DNA of 52,423 nucleotides, filler included, from Streblomastix strix (taxonomy: Eukaryota), in NCBI GenBank assembly GCA_008636045.1. It is 2 parts of 2 records of this genome, joined end to end, with 100 filler letters (N's around TTAATTAATTAA, not from the genome) between each part and the next. Parts side by side here need not be neighbours in the genome. Positions count along the whole stretch, not along the records: positions 1 to 26,184 come from SNRW01000177.1; 1 more part is not named here. One strand, 5' to 3'. Every line of letters begins with the position of its first letter. Position 1 is the first letter of the stretch. The notes beneath the pieces were generated by a model. It had not been told where the DNA came from. It saw only the letters and a list, made by a program, of their open reading frames with translations, and did not search any database. A program made the position numbers and the translations under genes. Positions 1-12,339 of the stretch are shown in pieces.

Positions 1-765
1 TAACAGAAACTAAATTATTTACTTAACCTATCGTTGAAAATTATTTTATAAAAACTGATTGTGCTAAAAATTAAATATTACATGCTAATGGAGAAACATC
101 AGACAAAGATGATTTTTTTACCAAAACGTTATCCGCATGCGATGAGATAATTGATTATTGAACCGAGTGATAGCATATTAGATTAAGATATTAGGCAAAT
201 GAAAATAAAGCGAATTGTGATAGTTTTGTACTCACTGATTGTAATACTTACCCTACAGATAGAGATGGTGTATGGAAAGTTGGTTCAACTTCATCATAAT
301 TTAGAATATAAAAGTAATAAGATTAAACATATGATGTTAAAGGCTTAATTATTGATTTCGGTTGTAGTTAATTAAAATTCAATGGCTAAGTTATTGCACC
401 AATAACTGCCAAAAGAAGATAGTTCATGTTGCTGATGATGTTGTTGGTTCAAGTTAAGACTCATTAGTTTTACATTCTAGTGGAATAGTTAATATAAATG
501 AATATCTTCATTGGGCATCACCAGGTGGAACTACTGCAGATGCTAATACAATGGGTACAGTTGGCGATGATTTTATTCCCAAACTTACTGGTACCTTATA
601 TATATGTAACATTTAACAGCTTCATCAGCAAATATTAATTAATATCTGGATAATATATTCAATTATTACGGAATTATTATTATTAATTCTAACTATCATA
701 TATCAATTCCATCTTCGTTAAATGTGGAAATTAATGAAAATTATTTTATCAAAAATGGTGCTTGA
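1..765 (+). pseudogene. 3' part of viral fibre/structural-like gene, frameshifted (mirror 25420-26184, minus)
   Basis: FIKTDCAKNQILHANGE module (about 46-96) resembles FIKSGGTDYEILLANGE in the downstream fibre gene. Also GLIIDFGCSQLKFNG. Ends ...FIKNGA-TGA at 765. Confidence 0.55.
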
Positions 766-1233
766 AACTTCAACTAATAAATTGAATTTCTTACTCACTT
801 CATTTACCATTATCATATGTTTTAAGATTCAATAACTTTAAATACAATATATATCTCCACATCTTAGCAAGTTCATCATCTTATTTTTCTATTGCTTCCT
901 TAATGAAATCTTCTAATTATTCATTTGAATACTTAGACCAATGAAAATAATTTATTTAATTAATGTTAGGTTTTTCTTAAGATTACTTTTATGATTCAAT
1001 TTTTGATTTCTTTCTTCGACGATAAACAAACTGAAATATATATATAATTATATTAATAGGAACTAGACTCACATCAAAATAACTCCATAATTGTTTTATT
1101 AATGAAATTATCTAAGTTAATTAGTTAGGAATTGATAATGAAATTATAGATGCAATGAATTTAACTCCATAAAATTTAGAATTAATTACTATTATTAATA
1201 TAATTAACATACTTTTGTTTTATAATAAATATA

Positions 1234-2172
1234 ATGACGTTATCTGAGATATAATCCTTAACATTCACCGATAATTTTAAGTTAGATTAATTTAAAACTA
1301 AGCCATTGACAAGGAATTCATTATTCTTAATCAATGAGAATCATTATTTAGTTGGTGCAATTGGTTCAGGAAAAACAACTTTATTAAGTAAACTAATAGT
1401 AATTTATAAATAACGAATCAATCCATTCATTTTGTACTTCTCTAATTTTGGTGCTGAAGAGACTATGGCTTTGAATCTAAACTTCAAGAATATAATCTTA
1501 AGTAATATATCATATGATGAGCTATGTATTTCCTAAATAATCCAATAAAATAGAATGTAACACGAATTGCTTCTGCAACACCTGAATAATAATTAGAAAA
1601 ACCTAAAGATTATGCAAGAAGAATTGCTTATATATTTCGTTAAGAAAGCATTAATATCATAACGAAATATAGTGTTCCAACAATGATAATAAGATTTACT
1701 ATTCCTGCAATGATTCATAACGTATAATTCGAGAGAAAAATAGAAATATCATAAGATGATAGGGATGCGGAACTATAAATAACGAAGATTCCTATATTAT
1801 TTCATAGTTCCCTATTAGATTCATTGTTAATATTTGATGACATAGGAAGTAAGGCTGAAATATAAAGATTCTCTTCTGGATTAGCTTGGGCTATAATTTA
1901 TTTAGTTTCCGACAGTAGATATATTAAAAAATACAGGTTTTTTTCGTTGACTAACGTCCAAATTACTTATTTAAAACTGCTTGAATATTATCATATATAA
2001 TGTGTTTAAGAGTTAGTCTATCAGAAAGTGATTTAAAACAAGCTTATAAAGAGAATTTTATTTAGAATCTTGAGTTTAATGAATTTATGTCATTATATGG
2101 AACTTTTAATGAATTTGAATTCATAATTCTTAATAAATGGTAAAATCGTTAAGAAATACTAAAAAGCAAATG
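1234..2172 (+). pseudogene. A32/FtsK-HerA-type DNA packaging ATPase
   Basis: ATG 1234. Walker A HYLVGAIGSGKTTLL (GAIGSGKT 1354-1377), Walker B SLLIFDDIG (1821-1847), then VSDSR...QRPNYLFKTA. Frameshifts and an in-frame TGA. Ends TGA 2170-2172. Confidence 0.85.
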
Positions 2173-2219
2173 AAAAATATTGGAGTTGATTTATTTTTGC
2201 ATATTCCGAAATAACATTA

Positions 2220-4263
2220 GCTACAACCTTGAGTTATTAATAGATCTTTGTTATTCGTTCAGTAATATAATCAGATTTCCAATATTTGATACAATATTCA
2301 AGAAAATCATCAAGTTCCAATAGTTACTTATCAGGAAGTGAATATTAAATGAAAGTTGATGATTAGAACTCATTAATATATACATTAATAGATAATCATT
2401 AAAACTATGCTATGAAACTGGAAATAAATGATGTTGAGACATTGACGAATATAAATTTATTAAATAGTGATTTCTTAGCAAAAAAATCTACGTTAGAATA
2501 AAAAGGTAATGTAATATAATAGACATTTGGAACTGCCACATAAGATATTGACGATTTATAATAATAAATTGAATTAATTAATGAAGAACTTAATCGATAA
2601 ACATATTTTAGATGATACTATTTATTGAATACTGATATATGATAATTAGAAAACTCTGCCAATGGTGATTTTTCATTTAGTGCTGAAAGTGGAATTGTAT
2701 GGATGTATGATTAGAATTGGTATAACTTTGGAAATATAGTTCCTGATTAAGTAACTCCTGCAAGTGATGCTACTCCATTAGCTGATAGTGGAACTGGAGT
2801 TGCAGGATCTTCAACCGAGTATTCTAGAAGAGATCATAAGCATCTACTATAAGTTAGTGATGGTTTACCATGTAAAGATACTTCTGTTGGTAATATCGGC
2901 ACAACTAGTTCTTACGCTAGACCTGACCACTAACATCCAACTTAGACTGCAGATACTATTCCAGTTATTGATTCTGCTGATGGATCATACGGAGCTGTTG
3001 ATTCATATGCTAGAAATGATCACTCCCATCCTATTAATGTCTAAACTAATGCTTCAATTGTACCAGTAGTTAATGGAGTTGGAAATAATGTTACTTCAGC
3101 ATATTATTCAAGACATGATCATATTCATCCTTAATAATTGACATACGATGGAAACATTACAGCAACAAATTCATTAAATCAGGAGGAACAGATTACGAAA
3201 TACTATTAGCAAATGGAGAAATTAAAAATGTAGCTATAGCAAATAAAACATATCAAGTTATTGATTAATCATTAAATATTAAATTATGAACATTTATAGT
3301 TTTAAAAGCTACTTTTGATAATTCAATAGATTCAAAATAAATACTAGAACAAGATTTGGAAAAATATAATTTAATTAACATTAGACCAAAGATACAGAGA
3401 TAGACAAATATTAGTATTAGTTTATCCCATCGTTATCATCTGGTTTGAATAGTGCATGGATAATATATTTTGGAACTGGATTAAATAGATAGGTAGAATT
3501 ATGGTGTCGAATTGATGATTTTGCTTATAATACATTCATACCATAAACAGACATAAGTGCTTTTTAGAGTAATATTACTGATATATTTACTATTGATTCA
3601 TAATCAGCATTACCTACCGGGTAAAGTGGCATATATTAATTATTTACAAATACACAAACTGGTTCTGTATAAATTAATCCAATTGGTAATGCTGAATAAA
3701 GCGCACCATATAATTAAAGAATAAGAATTTCAGATTCAATTTATAATACGGCAAGTGGAATATGCTTCAGATGTGATAAAAATAGTAGAATAAATACAAA
3801 TGAAAAATAATGGAGTACAACAATAAATAATAATGTATTTGTAATTTGTCTATATCATTAACCAGAATATTTAGATTAAGGATTGCGAATCGGTGCAGAT
3901 GGATACCCATTAACATTTAATGATAATAGATTTGTTGATGTAGCCACAAATTAAACAATTAAAGGAATAAATACAATCGGAAAATTAATATAAGTAATTC
4001 CAACAGTTGGTCGCACATTTAACGAAGGAACAAGAATTAGTAGGCACCCGACCAACAAATGGAGTAAAACATAATTTCATAGTGATCCAAATTCAAATTC
4101 TGGTTGTTTTGATAATTAATGGCTGATAGGAGCATCTCGAACTAATGATTTTAATCCACTTGGTTTTGCCATAGTAAAAGCAGGATAAGAAGGTTAGACT
4201 GATAGAGGATTAATGATATCCGCTGATGGAAACACATTAACTTTCAATGGAAGAGTACTATGA
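2220..4263 (+). pseudogene. Viral tail-fibre-like protein with four Y[SA]RxDHxH repeats (start approximate)
   Basis: YSRRDHKH, YARPDHQH, YARNDHSH, YSRHDHIH at about 31-33 aa spacing (2820-3130). Two ADGxxLTFN modules. Ends GLMISADGNTLTFNGRVL-TGA at 4263. In-frame TGAs near 2613 and 2640 plus frameshifts. Confidence 0.7.
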
Positions 4264-4334
4264 AAACAACATCATTGTTGAATTTACTAACTTCGTTTGC
4301 AAGCTGATATATTCAGTTTATTTTTCCTAGAAAT

Positions 4335-4735
4335 ATGTCAAAACCGCATAAATAGTTATTCACTGAACTTGCAAAAACAAACTATGAAGATGAAGATTTA
4401 ATAAGAATAACGATAGAAACATTATAAAATCTGCTGATGAAAAGTAAATAAGATTCATAACATTTATTACTTAAAGAATTAATAAGAATTACTAAGTAAT
4501 TGACAGTATAATGGAGTAAATTATAGTCAATGAAATAATTTGTTTATGATGAAGACTATAAAATTAAAATATATAGTGAAAATAATAAGTACTATGGAAA
4601 TGAATATAATCAAATCAAGAAGAAGATGGATTTGAATCAGCTATCATAATAAATAAAGAAATATATTATATTTGAAGCAAGTGATGTTGAAAAATAAATG
4701 CATAATTAATTTATTTTTGATAATGATTATCAACT
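4335..4735 (+). pseudogene. Small viral hypothetical protein, frameshifted (end approximate)
   Basis: MSKPHKQLFTELAKTNYEDEDL... continues as KSADEKQIRFITFITQRINKNY after a frameshift. Confidence 0.4.
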
Positions 4736-4750
4736 ATTTTGTGGATACTA

Positions 4751-4987
4751 TCAATTAACTTAGCTTATCATATCTTAATTGTGAAGATAACCTATGATTT
4801 CATAAGTTTTTATTGAAATCAGACTAAATTTTTCATTACATTCTTATTTTTTCTAATCATAGAACTATTATTGAAAATCATCTAATTCCTTATCATCAAT
4901 CAATGCTTCAAATATTTTTAACAATTAATAATCAGAAGCATTATTTTCTTTTCCTAGTGTTTATGCAAAGTAATATAAATCTTACAT
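4751..4987 (-). CDS. Small viral hypothetical protein (mirror 21198-21434, plus)
   Basis: MQDLYYFAQTLGKENNASDYQLLKIFEALIDDKELDDF...QVN-TGA, open with TAA/TAG=Gln. Confidence 0.45.
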
Positions 4988-5085
4988 GATAATTGAGTTT
5001 ATTATTAGAAAAATAATTTAAAAATTTATTGTATTTTTAAAATTAATTTTAATTATCATTGGTTTATCAATGACGAAGAAAGCAG

Positions 5086-5292
5086 TCATCTTTTATTTAA
5101 ATTTATATCTATTCCACCTGCTATATTACCTATAGTTCCCTTGATCTAACCTGCACCTGAATGTAACATACTGACTGGTCCACTTAAAGTTCCCATTGCG
5201 TTATGTAAAGTCGGGGCTACCCAATCTGCTACCTTCTTAATACCACCAAATATTTTTGATCTGAAATTTTTCAAACTAGAGAAGAATCTCAT
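5086..5292 (-). CDS. 68-aa amphipathic, Gly-rich protein, adenovirus protein VI-like (putative membrane penetration protein)
   Basis: MRFFSSLKNFRSKIFGGIKKVADWVAPTLHNAMGTLSGPVSMLHSGAGQIKGTIGNIAGGIDINLNKR-TGA. Uninterrupted frame, divergent from the capsid-like gene. Confidence 0.65.
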
Positions 5293-5381
5293 ATTGAATT
5301 TAATTCGATTTTCTTAATGGAATATTTGTTTGAATAATAAAACTTACTTATTGTTTTAATTTCTAAGTAAATCAAACTAAT

Positions 5382-6957
5382 ATGAATTTCTGAACTAATG
5401 ATTATATATAGAAATTAGTACACGTTTAGCATTCTGATTATATATCTTCATTTTAAGCAATATCTGAAGTATGGAGATATGCATCTAATCGTCCATAGAG
5501 TTTTCATCTAGTTAGATAAGAAATCTTTGATTAACTTATTATTTAACTTACAAGTGATGGATAAATATATACTAGAGCTCCATTAGGTGCAAGAGGTTCA
5601 GGAAACTTGCTATATGGTACAATCATGTTAAGTCTGTTGGTAAATAACAATTCCTGGAGAGAGATTGGCACTATAACATAATTTAGTTCCACCATTAGAA
5701 GATTTAGGTTCAAAGGTAAGAGCAAGAACTAGAGTAAATTTCAATGGATTGGAGAATTAATAAGCAGATTGGCCTCGCACAATGGAATGCGGTGCTGAAG
5801 CAAACTAAAATGCCAATTTATACCAATGAGCATATTAAGTTCTGGCTTGTTTATTCAACAGCTTGTGGCTCATTCTAATAAATAGCAATCTGTAAAGATA
5901 ATACAAATCTGTGGGAAACATCGATTTATGTTAGAGAATAAGCTGTTATAGCTGCAAATTCATTATCATATTCATGTACAAAAAATTCTGTCAGTGTATC
6001 ATCATTAGAGTCAATAGTTGAAGGAGGAAGACATTGTGGAATTTTCATAGATATTCCTATTTTAGTTTTTGCAGCTGCAAGTTTTAATTATTTAATTCCA
6101 TATCCAATAACAACTGCTGGTGTACTTGATTTAAATTAGTTAAATCCAATATTCAATTCATTTCCAGTGTTAACACGTAACTACGCATCGTTATATTTAT
6201 AGTTATAGACTTAAGATTTTTTGTAACATTTGAAAGTTGTATGGTTAAATAAATCTAATACGATATCTAACTAATATCTTGCTTATTAAATGCTTCCACC
6301 TGAGAAACCTGATATTGTTTACTTACTAAGAACAAGTGGAGGTTCATGTTAAGCATTTTCAGTAAGACTTATTAATATGGAAGGAAATACAGATACTGAA
6401 AGAAGACCTTCAAATTCAATATGATAAATTAAGGATGCTAGATTCACTAAGTTAGATATTAATATTGTGTGAGTCTCAACATGGAAAATGAAAAAACAAT
6501 CATTGATATGATAAGATTTCAAAAAATATCGAATTTCCTAACGTAAATAATACGTATATAATTAAGTAACTTCCTATTTTGTGGATTTTCAGAAAATGGT
6601 AGTTCTAAGCGGAGTATAATGTCATATTCTAATATCAAAGCTTTGTTTATTACATTTGCTATGCACTAATATTCAACTTGGTTTTTCCCTGTTTTTTTTA
6701 GAAGTTCAATTTGGAAATTGAACAATGAAATCTTATTTATTAAGAATATGTATCGTTGAATCCAATGGTTACTGGATATGTGATCGAATATTTTGTTGAG
6801 TAAGACTTAGTTTCAGCATCTTCAGATTTATATCATTCATTGAATTTCCAAAATCAAACTATAAATTAATCAAATGGAAATTACTATGGTTATATAGGCA
6901 CTAGTTATATTGATTGAGAATATATTCAATAATATAACGTTATACATAGGAAGTAGA
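5382..6957 (+). pseudogene. Probable major capsid protein of the Polinton-like virus, 3'-truncated
   Basis: Over 500 codons across frameshifts, e.g. STACGSFQQIAICKDNTNLWETSIYVREQAVIAANSLS...GRHCGIFIDIP...GVLDLNQLNPIFNSFPVLTRNYASLYLQL. Size, context and recalled likeness to metamonad PLV capsid proteins. Several TGAs. Confidence 0.7.
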
Positions 6958-7580
6958 GCAGTAAAAATATATTTAATTAATTCTAACTAATTATGCTTTC
7001 ATTTAAATTACTACTTCAATTTCCTAAGAACTAATGTCATATGAGAAATGTTATCTTCCAAATTTTTATGGTAATTATTTAATTTAATAATCGGGAACTA
7101 TTATTTATTTTTTATCATCCTTTAGTTTAACTCCATGTACTTATTCATATGCTTTCACTTTGGATTTGAATGAAAATTTTAGATTCGTTTATTATTCTTT
7201 AGAGCGCGAATGTAATGAGTTCTCAGCTTTTTCTTATGGTAATCTAATATTTTATCTCTTCTTACCTTTCTACAATTCTTTTGAAATATAATCATCAAAC
7301 CAGTCTTAAATAATTTTGCCACCATATTGAATCTTATCAGTATTTTCAATGATAACCGGTATTTCTCTGTCATTATCTTGAATTTATATTTCATCTACAA
7401 AATCTGTAAGGTTTAATCGACGAGGTTATTTTAACATGGTTTATATCGATAATTTCATAAAATCTATAGCAATTTCTATTTACTTCTTGATTTTATCAAA
7501 TCTTTTGAGTAATTCATCAAGAATTTATGTTTATGTTTTATTCTTACGAGCACGTAAATTTCGTTCCTTAATAAGATTTT
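6958..7580 (-). pseudogene. N-terminal part of probable retroviral-type (RVE) integrase, truncated (mirror 18605-19227, plus)
   Basis: About 205 open codons ending KFGRQHFSYDISSQEIEVVIQMKAQLVRINQIYFYC. This resembles the first strands of Polinton integrase cores (xEID...YLFC). Cut off at the capsid junction. Confidence 0.5.
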
Positions 7581-7617
7581 AATAAACAAAAATAAAACTA
7601 TAAATTTGTTAATAAAA

Positions 7618-8340
7618 TCATACAACTAAATATTCATCAGCAGTTAACTACCAAACAAACGGACAACAACATTAGTTAGGCTATACAATCATCTTCGTAT
7701 AAATGCCAGCAATACCATTCTTAAATACTTCAATCTAACTCATTTTCCCATTTTGTTATCCTAATGAAATATTTTTACCTTATTCTACAGTTCAGTTCCT
7801 AGTTTTATCTTTCTATCATTCTTTATTAATTTATGGATTGGATTTCAAATTAAGACCTTTTAATTTCACAGTCTAAGAATGTTTCTTATCAAAATCTTCA
7901 AATAACCAATATTTTTTTGGTGCAAAAGCAACTAACGATGATATACATTGTTCATACGCCACACTAAGTAACTTTATCTCATCATAAACTCCTTTACTAG
8001 GATCTGGGAAGAATTTATAGAAATTTTCATCATAAAATTATTAATCAGTAATAATCTCAGAAAATCCTTGATTATTATCCTTATTTGGGTTACCAGCAAC
8101 AGCTAACATCATTGAATCAGTAATTCCATAAACGAAATGAAATTTACTGCTATCCAAGCAACGTACTATGAAATTCTAGTATAAATTCACATAAACATAC
8201 TTAGATCGGTCTGGTACTGCATATGCAACTTAAACACAAGTACTACAATTAAATTTCTATTTCTTATACTCAACTGCATAAACATTTTCAGCTAATTTAC
8301 GATCACTTTTGATTTTTTTATATAAATGAGTTATGAAAGT
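7618..8340 (-). pseudogene. C-terminal fragment of protein-primed family B DNA polymerase (pPolB)
   Basis: VQVAYAV...KFHFVYGITDSMMLAVAG (YGDTDS motif with D to I, 8113-8130), VAFAPKKY, VKLKG. After a stop/frameshift: KNGIAGIYTKMIVQPNQCCCPFV...TGA. Confidence 0.85.
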
Positions 8341-8728
8341 TTTTATAAATGCGAAATATTTATTGTTTTTATTGCTATTTTGTTTGAATATTTAATTTAC
8401 GTTTCTTTTTCAAACACATATATTATTGAGTTAGTGGTCAAAATTCAGTTGAAAATGAAGGAAATTTCGACTATAAATCAAAAAGATTCATTTAAAAAAT
8501 GAACATTAATAAAAATAAAATTTCAATTTACTACAATTAATAAGAACTCTAGGCTTATGAAATTAAATTATGGCCTATAAAAAAGAAAAGACAAAAAATG
8601 TTTAAAAAATGTAGTAAAAAAAAAGATGATAGAATCAACAAAATAAAGAGAAAATAATGAAAATAAATTCTACTGAAAAATGAAACAAAGTAATAAGTTG
8701 CTAATATGATTATAATCTCATTATTTTA

Positions 8729-9553
8729 TCATAACGTTCTATTTATAATAAAGAGTGAGATTGTCACTTTGTACTGTAACAAAATTAGAGTTTCATGAAT
8801 GATTTTTTTAATAATTTATTTATAATCGAAGAACCATTCGTTTTAATTCATTAAATGTTTGTTCGAATAATCATAAATATTATATTCTTCAGTTGTTTGT
8901 TCATTTTCAATTTTCATTTAATTTTGATCTTAATTTTCTAATCCGTCATGTTTTTCTTATTATAAACAATCTTCTTATAAATCTTATTATTATTAATTAT
9001 CTTATTAATTCATTTAATCAATATTCTATTATTCAAATTATTCCCTATTTATTTTGTCTTAATCAATTTCACCTTCTTCTAATCTTCCTTTCCATAATTA
9101 CCTTCCTTTTGTTTCAAGAACTATGAACGTTGAGAATAAAAATAGAACCAAGTTGATCTATATGAAAAAAATAAAGAGATAATAATAAAAATATTATTAA
9201 TAATAATAGTAATAATTGTAACAATAATAATAATTATTATTATTATTATTATTATAGCAATAATAATTATAATAACAATAATTATAATTATAATAATATA
9301 AATAATAATAATAATAATAATAATAAATAATTGAAATCAATAAAATTATATATTCTATAAAAATAAACATAACAAATTAAATGAAATATTACAATAATAT
9401 AAATAACAAGTAAACCACAGATAGACCAGAAAATACAGCTCCTGCTGAAGTATCCTGTTTATTTTATAATTTATATTTAAATAAAAAAGCAATAATTAAT
9501 AAATAAAAATGATATAAAATAAATTAAACAATAATTAATAAATAATTAATAAA

Positions 9554-9600
<47 letters not shown>

Positions 9601-12011
9601 ATAATAATAAATAATAATAAAAATAATACTTATAATAATAAATAATATATATTAAATAATAATTCCATAATTATTCATTAATCTCATACATTAGCGAGAG
9701 GTTCATATAGTCACTACTATCACAGTGCATATCCATAATATGAGCATATTCATACTGGTCACAACACCTGCAACTTTGGATGGAAACCTGATCATAAATA
9801 ATAAGTAATAAATATAATAGAATTACATTCATTAATAATAAATACTTCTATTATAATATATTTTATTTTATATTATTAGATTAGTAATTAATAAATTTAT
9901 TAATAATTGAATATAATAATATAATTTCGAATAAATTTAATTGATTTCATATAAATACAAACATTTCTGCTATTAAGACATAAAATACTCCTCCAATACC
10001 AAATTCAAATCCAGCTATAAATATAATGAGGCCTAAATTTTAAAAATATAAAAATCAACAATATAAAATAAAATAAGTTGATAAAAAAAATAAAATTATA
10101 TAAAGAAATTTTAACCGATTTAATTATTAATATATAACATTTATAAACACAATAAAATATTTAATAATGAATGTAAATGCATTTATATATATGTTTATTA
10201 ATACCTGGTATAGCAAGTACATATTAAAGATTTCTATCAACAAGTGATGGTATCAAATATCCAATTGCAATTATCGAACTTCCAACTGTTTGAATCGCTG
10301 ATCCAACAATAAGAACTGATTTTCGACCTGTTTTCTCAATATGAGTTGAAGTATTATGTTGAATATAATAACAATGAAATATTATAATAGCAAATAACTA
10401 AATATTAAAAAATGATAAATGAAATGAAAATATATATAAAAGTTAAAAATATATAAATTACGAACCAAAATTAATGGTGGTAAAGTGAGTAAGGCATTCC
10501 AAACACCAATTCCCAATGTTACAGACAACAATTTGAGTCTTTGGGTCAGTTTGGCCATTTCTAATATCATGGGTATATAGAATATAACTACGTTGATGCC
10601 TGAATAAGAATTAATAAAAGTAAATGAATGAATGAATGAATTATAATTTAATAAATTTTATTAAAATATCAATATTTATAAAATTTAAAAAAAAATGTAT
10701 ATATGAATTTTAAGATTAATTTGCAGACCAGTGAATTAATCAAAGAAAGCCAGAACTGCTCCAACAATCAATTCTCTTCAAAATGTTTTACAAATTTAAA
10801 AAATATCAAAATATCAATTCAAATTTTATTTTAATTATTCTTTTAAAATAAATGAATTATATAAACCTACAATTAGCAAGTAGAAATTTAGCATTGTACA
10901 TCATTTATTGTAATTAAGTTTATACTTTTTTTCTCATATTTTATTATTAAATATGTTGTTTATTCTCATTTTTTAATTATTGATTATTTCTTTCATTCTA
11001 TTTATCAATATCATTAATAATTTCATTACACTTCTCATTATTATTTATAACTTTATTATTCATATTATAACTACTTTTATTATTTGTTTATTTCTCGATG
11101 TTTTAATTATTATCATCAAAAGAATTATTAATATCAATCATTTATTATTATTATTAATTTTTTTCTTTTTCAATCATTTTTTTCTTCTTCATTTCTTTCT
11201 TCTATTTCCACATTGGACTTTCTTAGCAGAATATTCCTCCAATACCCAAAGTTAGTATTGGAATACCAGCAATGGCAAATTCATATCTATTTGATGTATT
11301 AAATGTTATAATGGAGAAATACAAATAATGAGTAAAATAAATATTTAATTTAATTTATTTTTAAATAAATACTATTTTTATTATCAAATATAAACCTCCA
11401 TCTTGAAGAAACATAGTTGAATATGATGTTCATTAAATACCCAATAACATGACCACTACAAATACTAACTTAGAAGAGGAATACAAAAGTTTCTTTGTAC
11501 TTATCTGAAGCTAATTCCATTACATATATACATGATATAGTGCAAATACATCCTATACCAACACCTTGTAATAAACGCATTCCTATAATAGCTGATGCTT
11601 GAAACATAGCTGATAATAATGCAGCGAAGATGAAAGATTTAAATCCAGATATTATGACAATTAGACGTCTTCCAATATGCTCTGTTAGTATGACTGCAAG
11701 AATAGCTCCAAAAGTTATACCCAAAACTAATGATGAGCTCACAAATGCTCGAGTGGTAGGAGAAAGCTTTAAAAATTTGGGTTGTGTATGATATTAAAGA
11801 ATGAAATTAAAGATAAATAATAAAAATATAAAATAATATCTAAATTATAATAATTAAATTTGGAAAGGTACGATATATAGAAAAAGTATAGCATATAATT
11901 GTTTGACTTACCTCCAAGAATTCCACTCACCACTGCGATTGGTACACCATATGATAAACCACTAAAAGTAGAAATGAATGGACTCTGAATATCATTATTT
12001 CTAATAAGCAT
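8729..12011 (-). CDS. Mirror copy of sugar porter gene
   Basis: Reverse complement of 14174-17456. Confidence 0.88.
9181..9660. repeat. Imperfect (AAT)n tracts in transporter introns (mirror 16525-17004)
   Basis: Runs of AATAATAAT at about 9181-9330 and 9540-9660. Confidence 0.85.
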
Positions 12012-12339
12012 TTTCTTAACAATTTTTCTATAAATGAAAAAGAGTATAATAATAACAACAGGAAGAATGTTATGTATCAATATCAATTAATATTATATTT
12101 GTTAGACTTTTTGAAATATATCGTCATGCTCTTACTTATTTAAAAATTTATGTAATAAAAAGTTATATTGTGCTTTGTGGAGTGCGTTTGTCGCGTTTTT
12201 TGAATGAAAATATTAAAAAGTCAAATATAGATTTATTTCGAATTAAATTGTTTTTATATTAGTAAAGAATAATTAAATTAAATTTTAACGGTAAAAATAT
12301 TGTTTAAAAATATATTTAGGATAAGTATTCAATGCTGGG

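Larger units (their letters stand above)
1..8340. mobile_element. Decayed endogenous Polinton/Maverick-like virus (partial)
   Basis: Dense intronless gene cluster read with TAA/TAG=Gln: fibre-like genes, Walker A/B packaging ATPase, capsid-like ORF, integrase-like N-terminus, pPolB motifs. Many TGA stops and frameshifts. No TIR seen. Confidence 0.88.

Noticed and set aside
2788..3069. 93-aa ORF from the track (and mirror 23116-23397)
   Set aside because: Off-frame shadow of the fibre-like gene. The real frame contains TAA/TAG=Gln.
8893..11255. Hydrophobic Ile/Phe/Leu-rich ORFs (8893-9126, 10980-11255 and mirrors)
   Set aside because: Antisense to the Q/N/K-rich segments of the transporter, so a compositional artefact.
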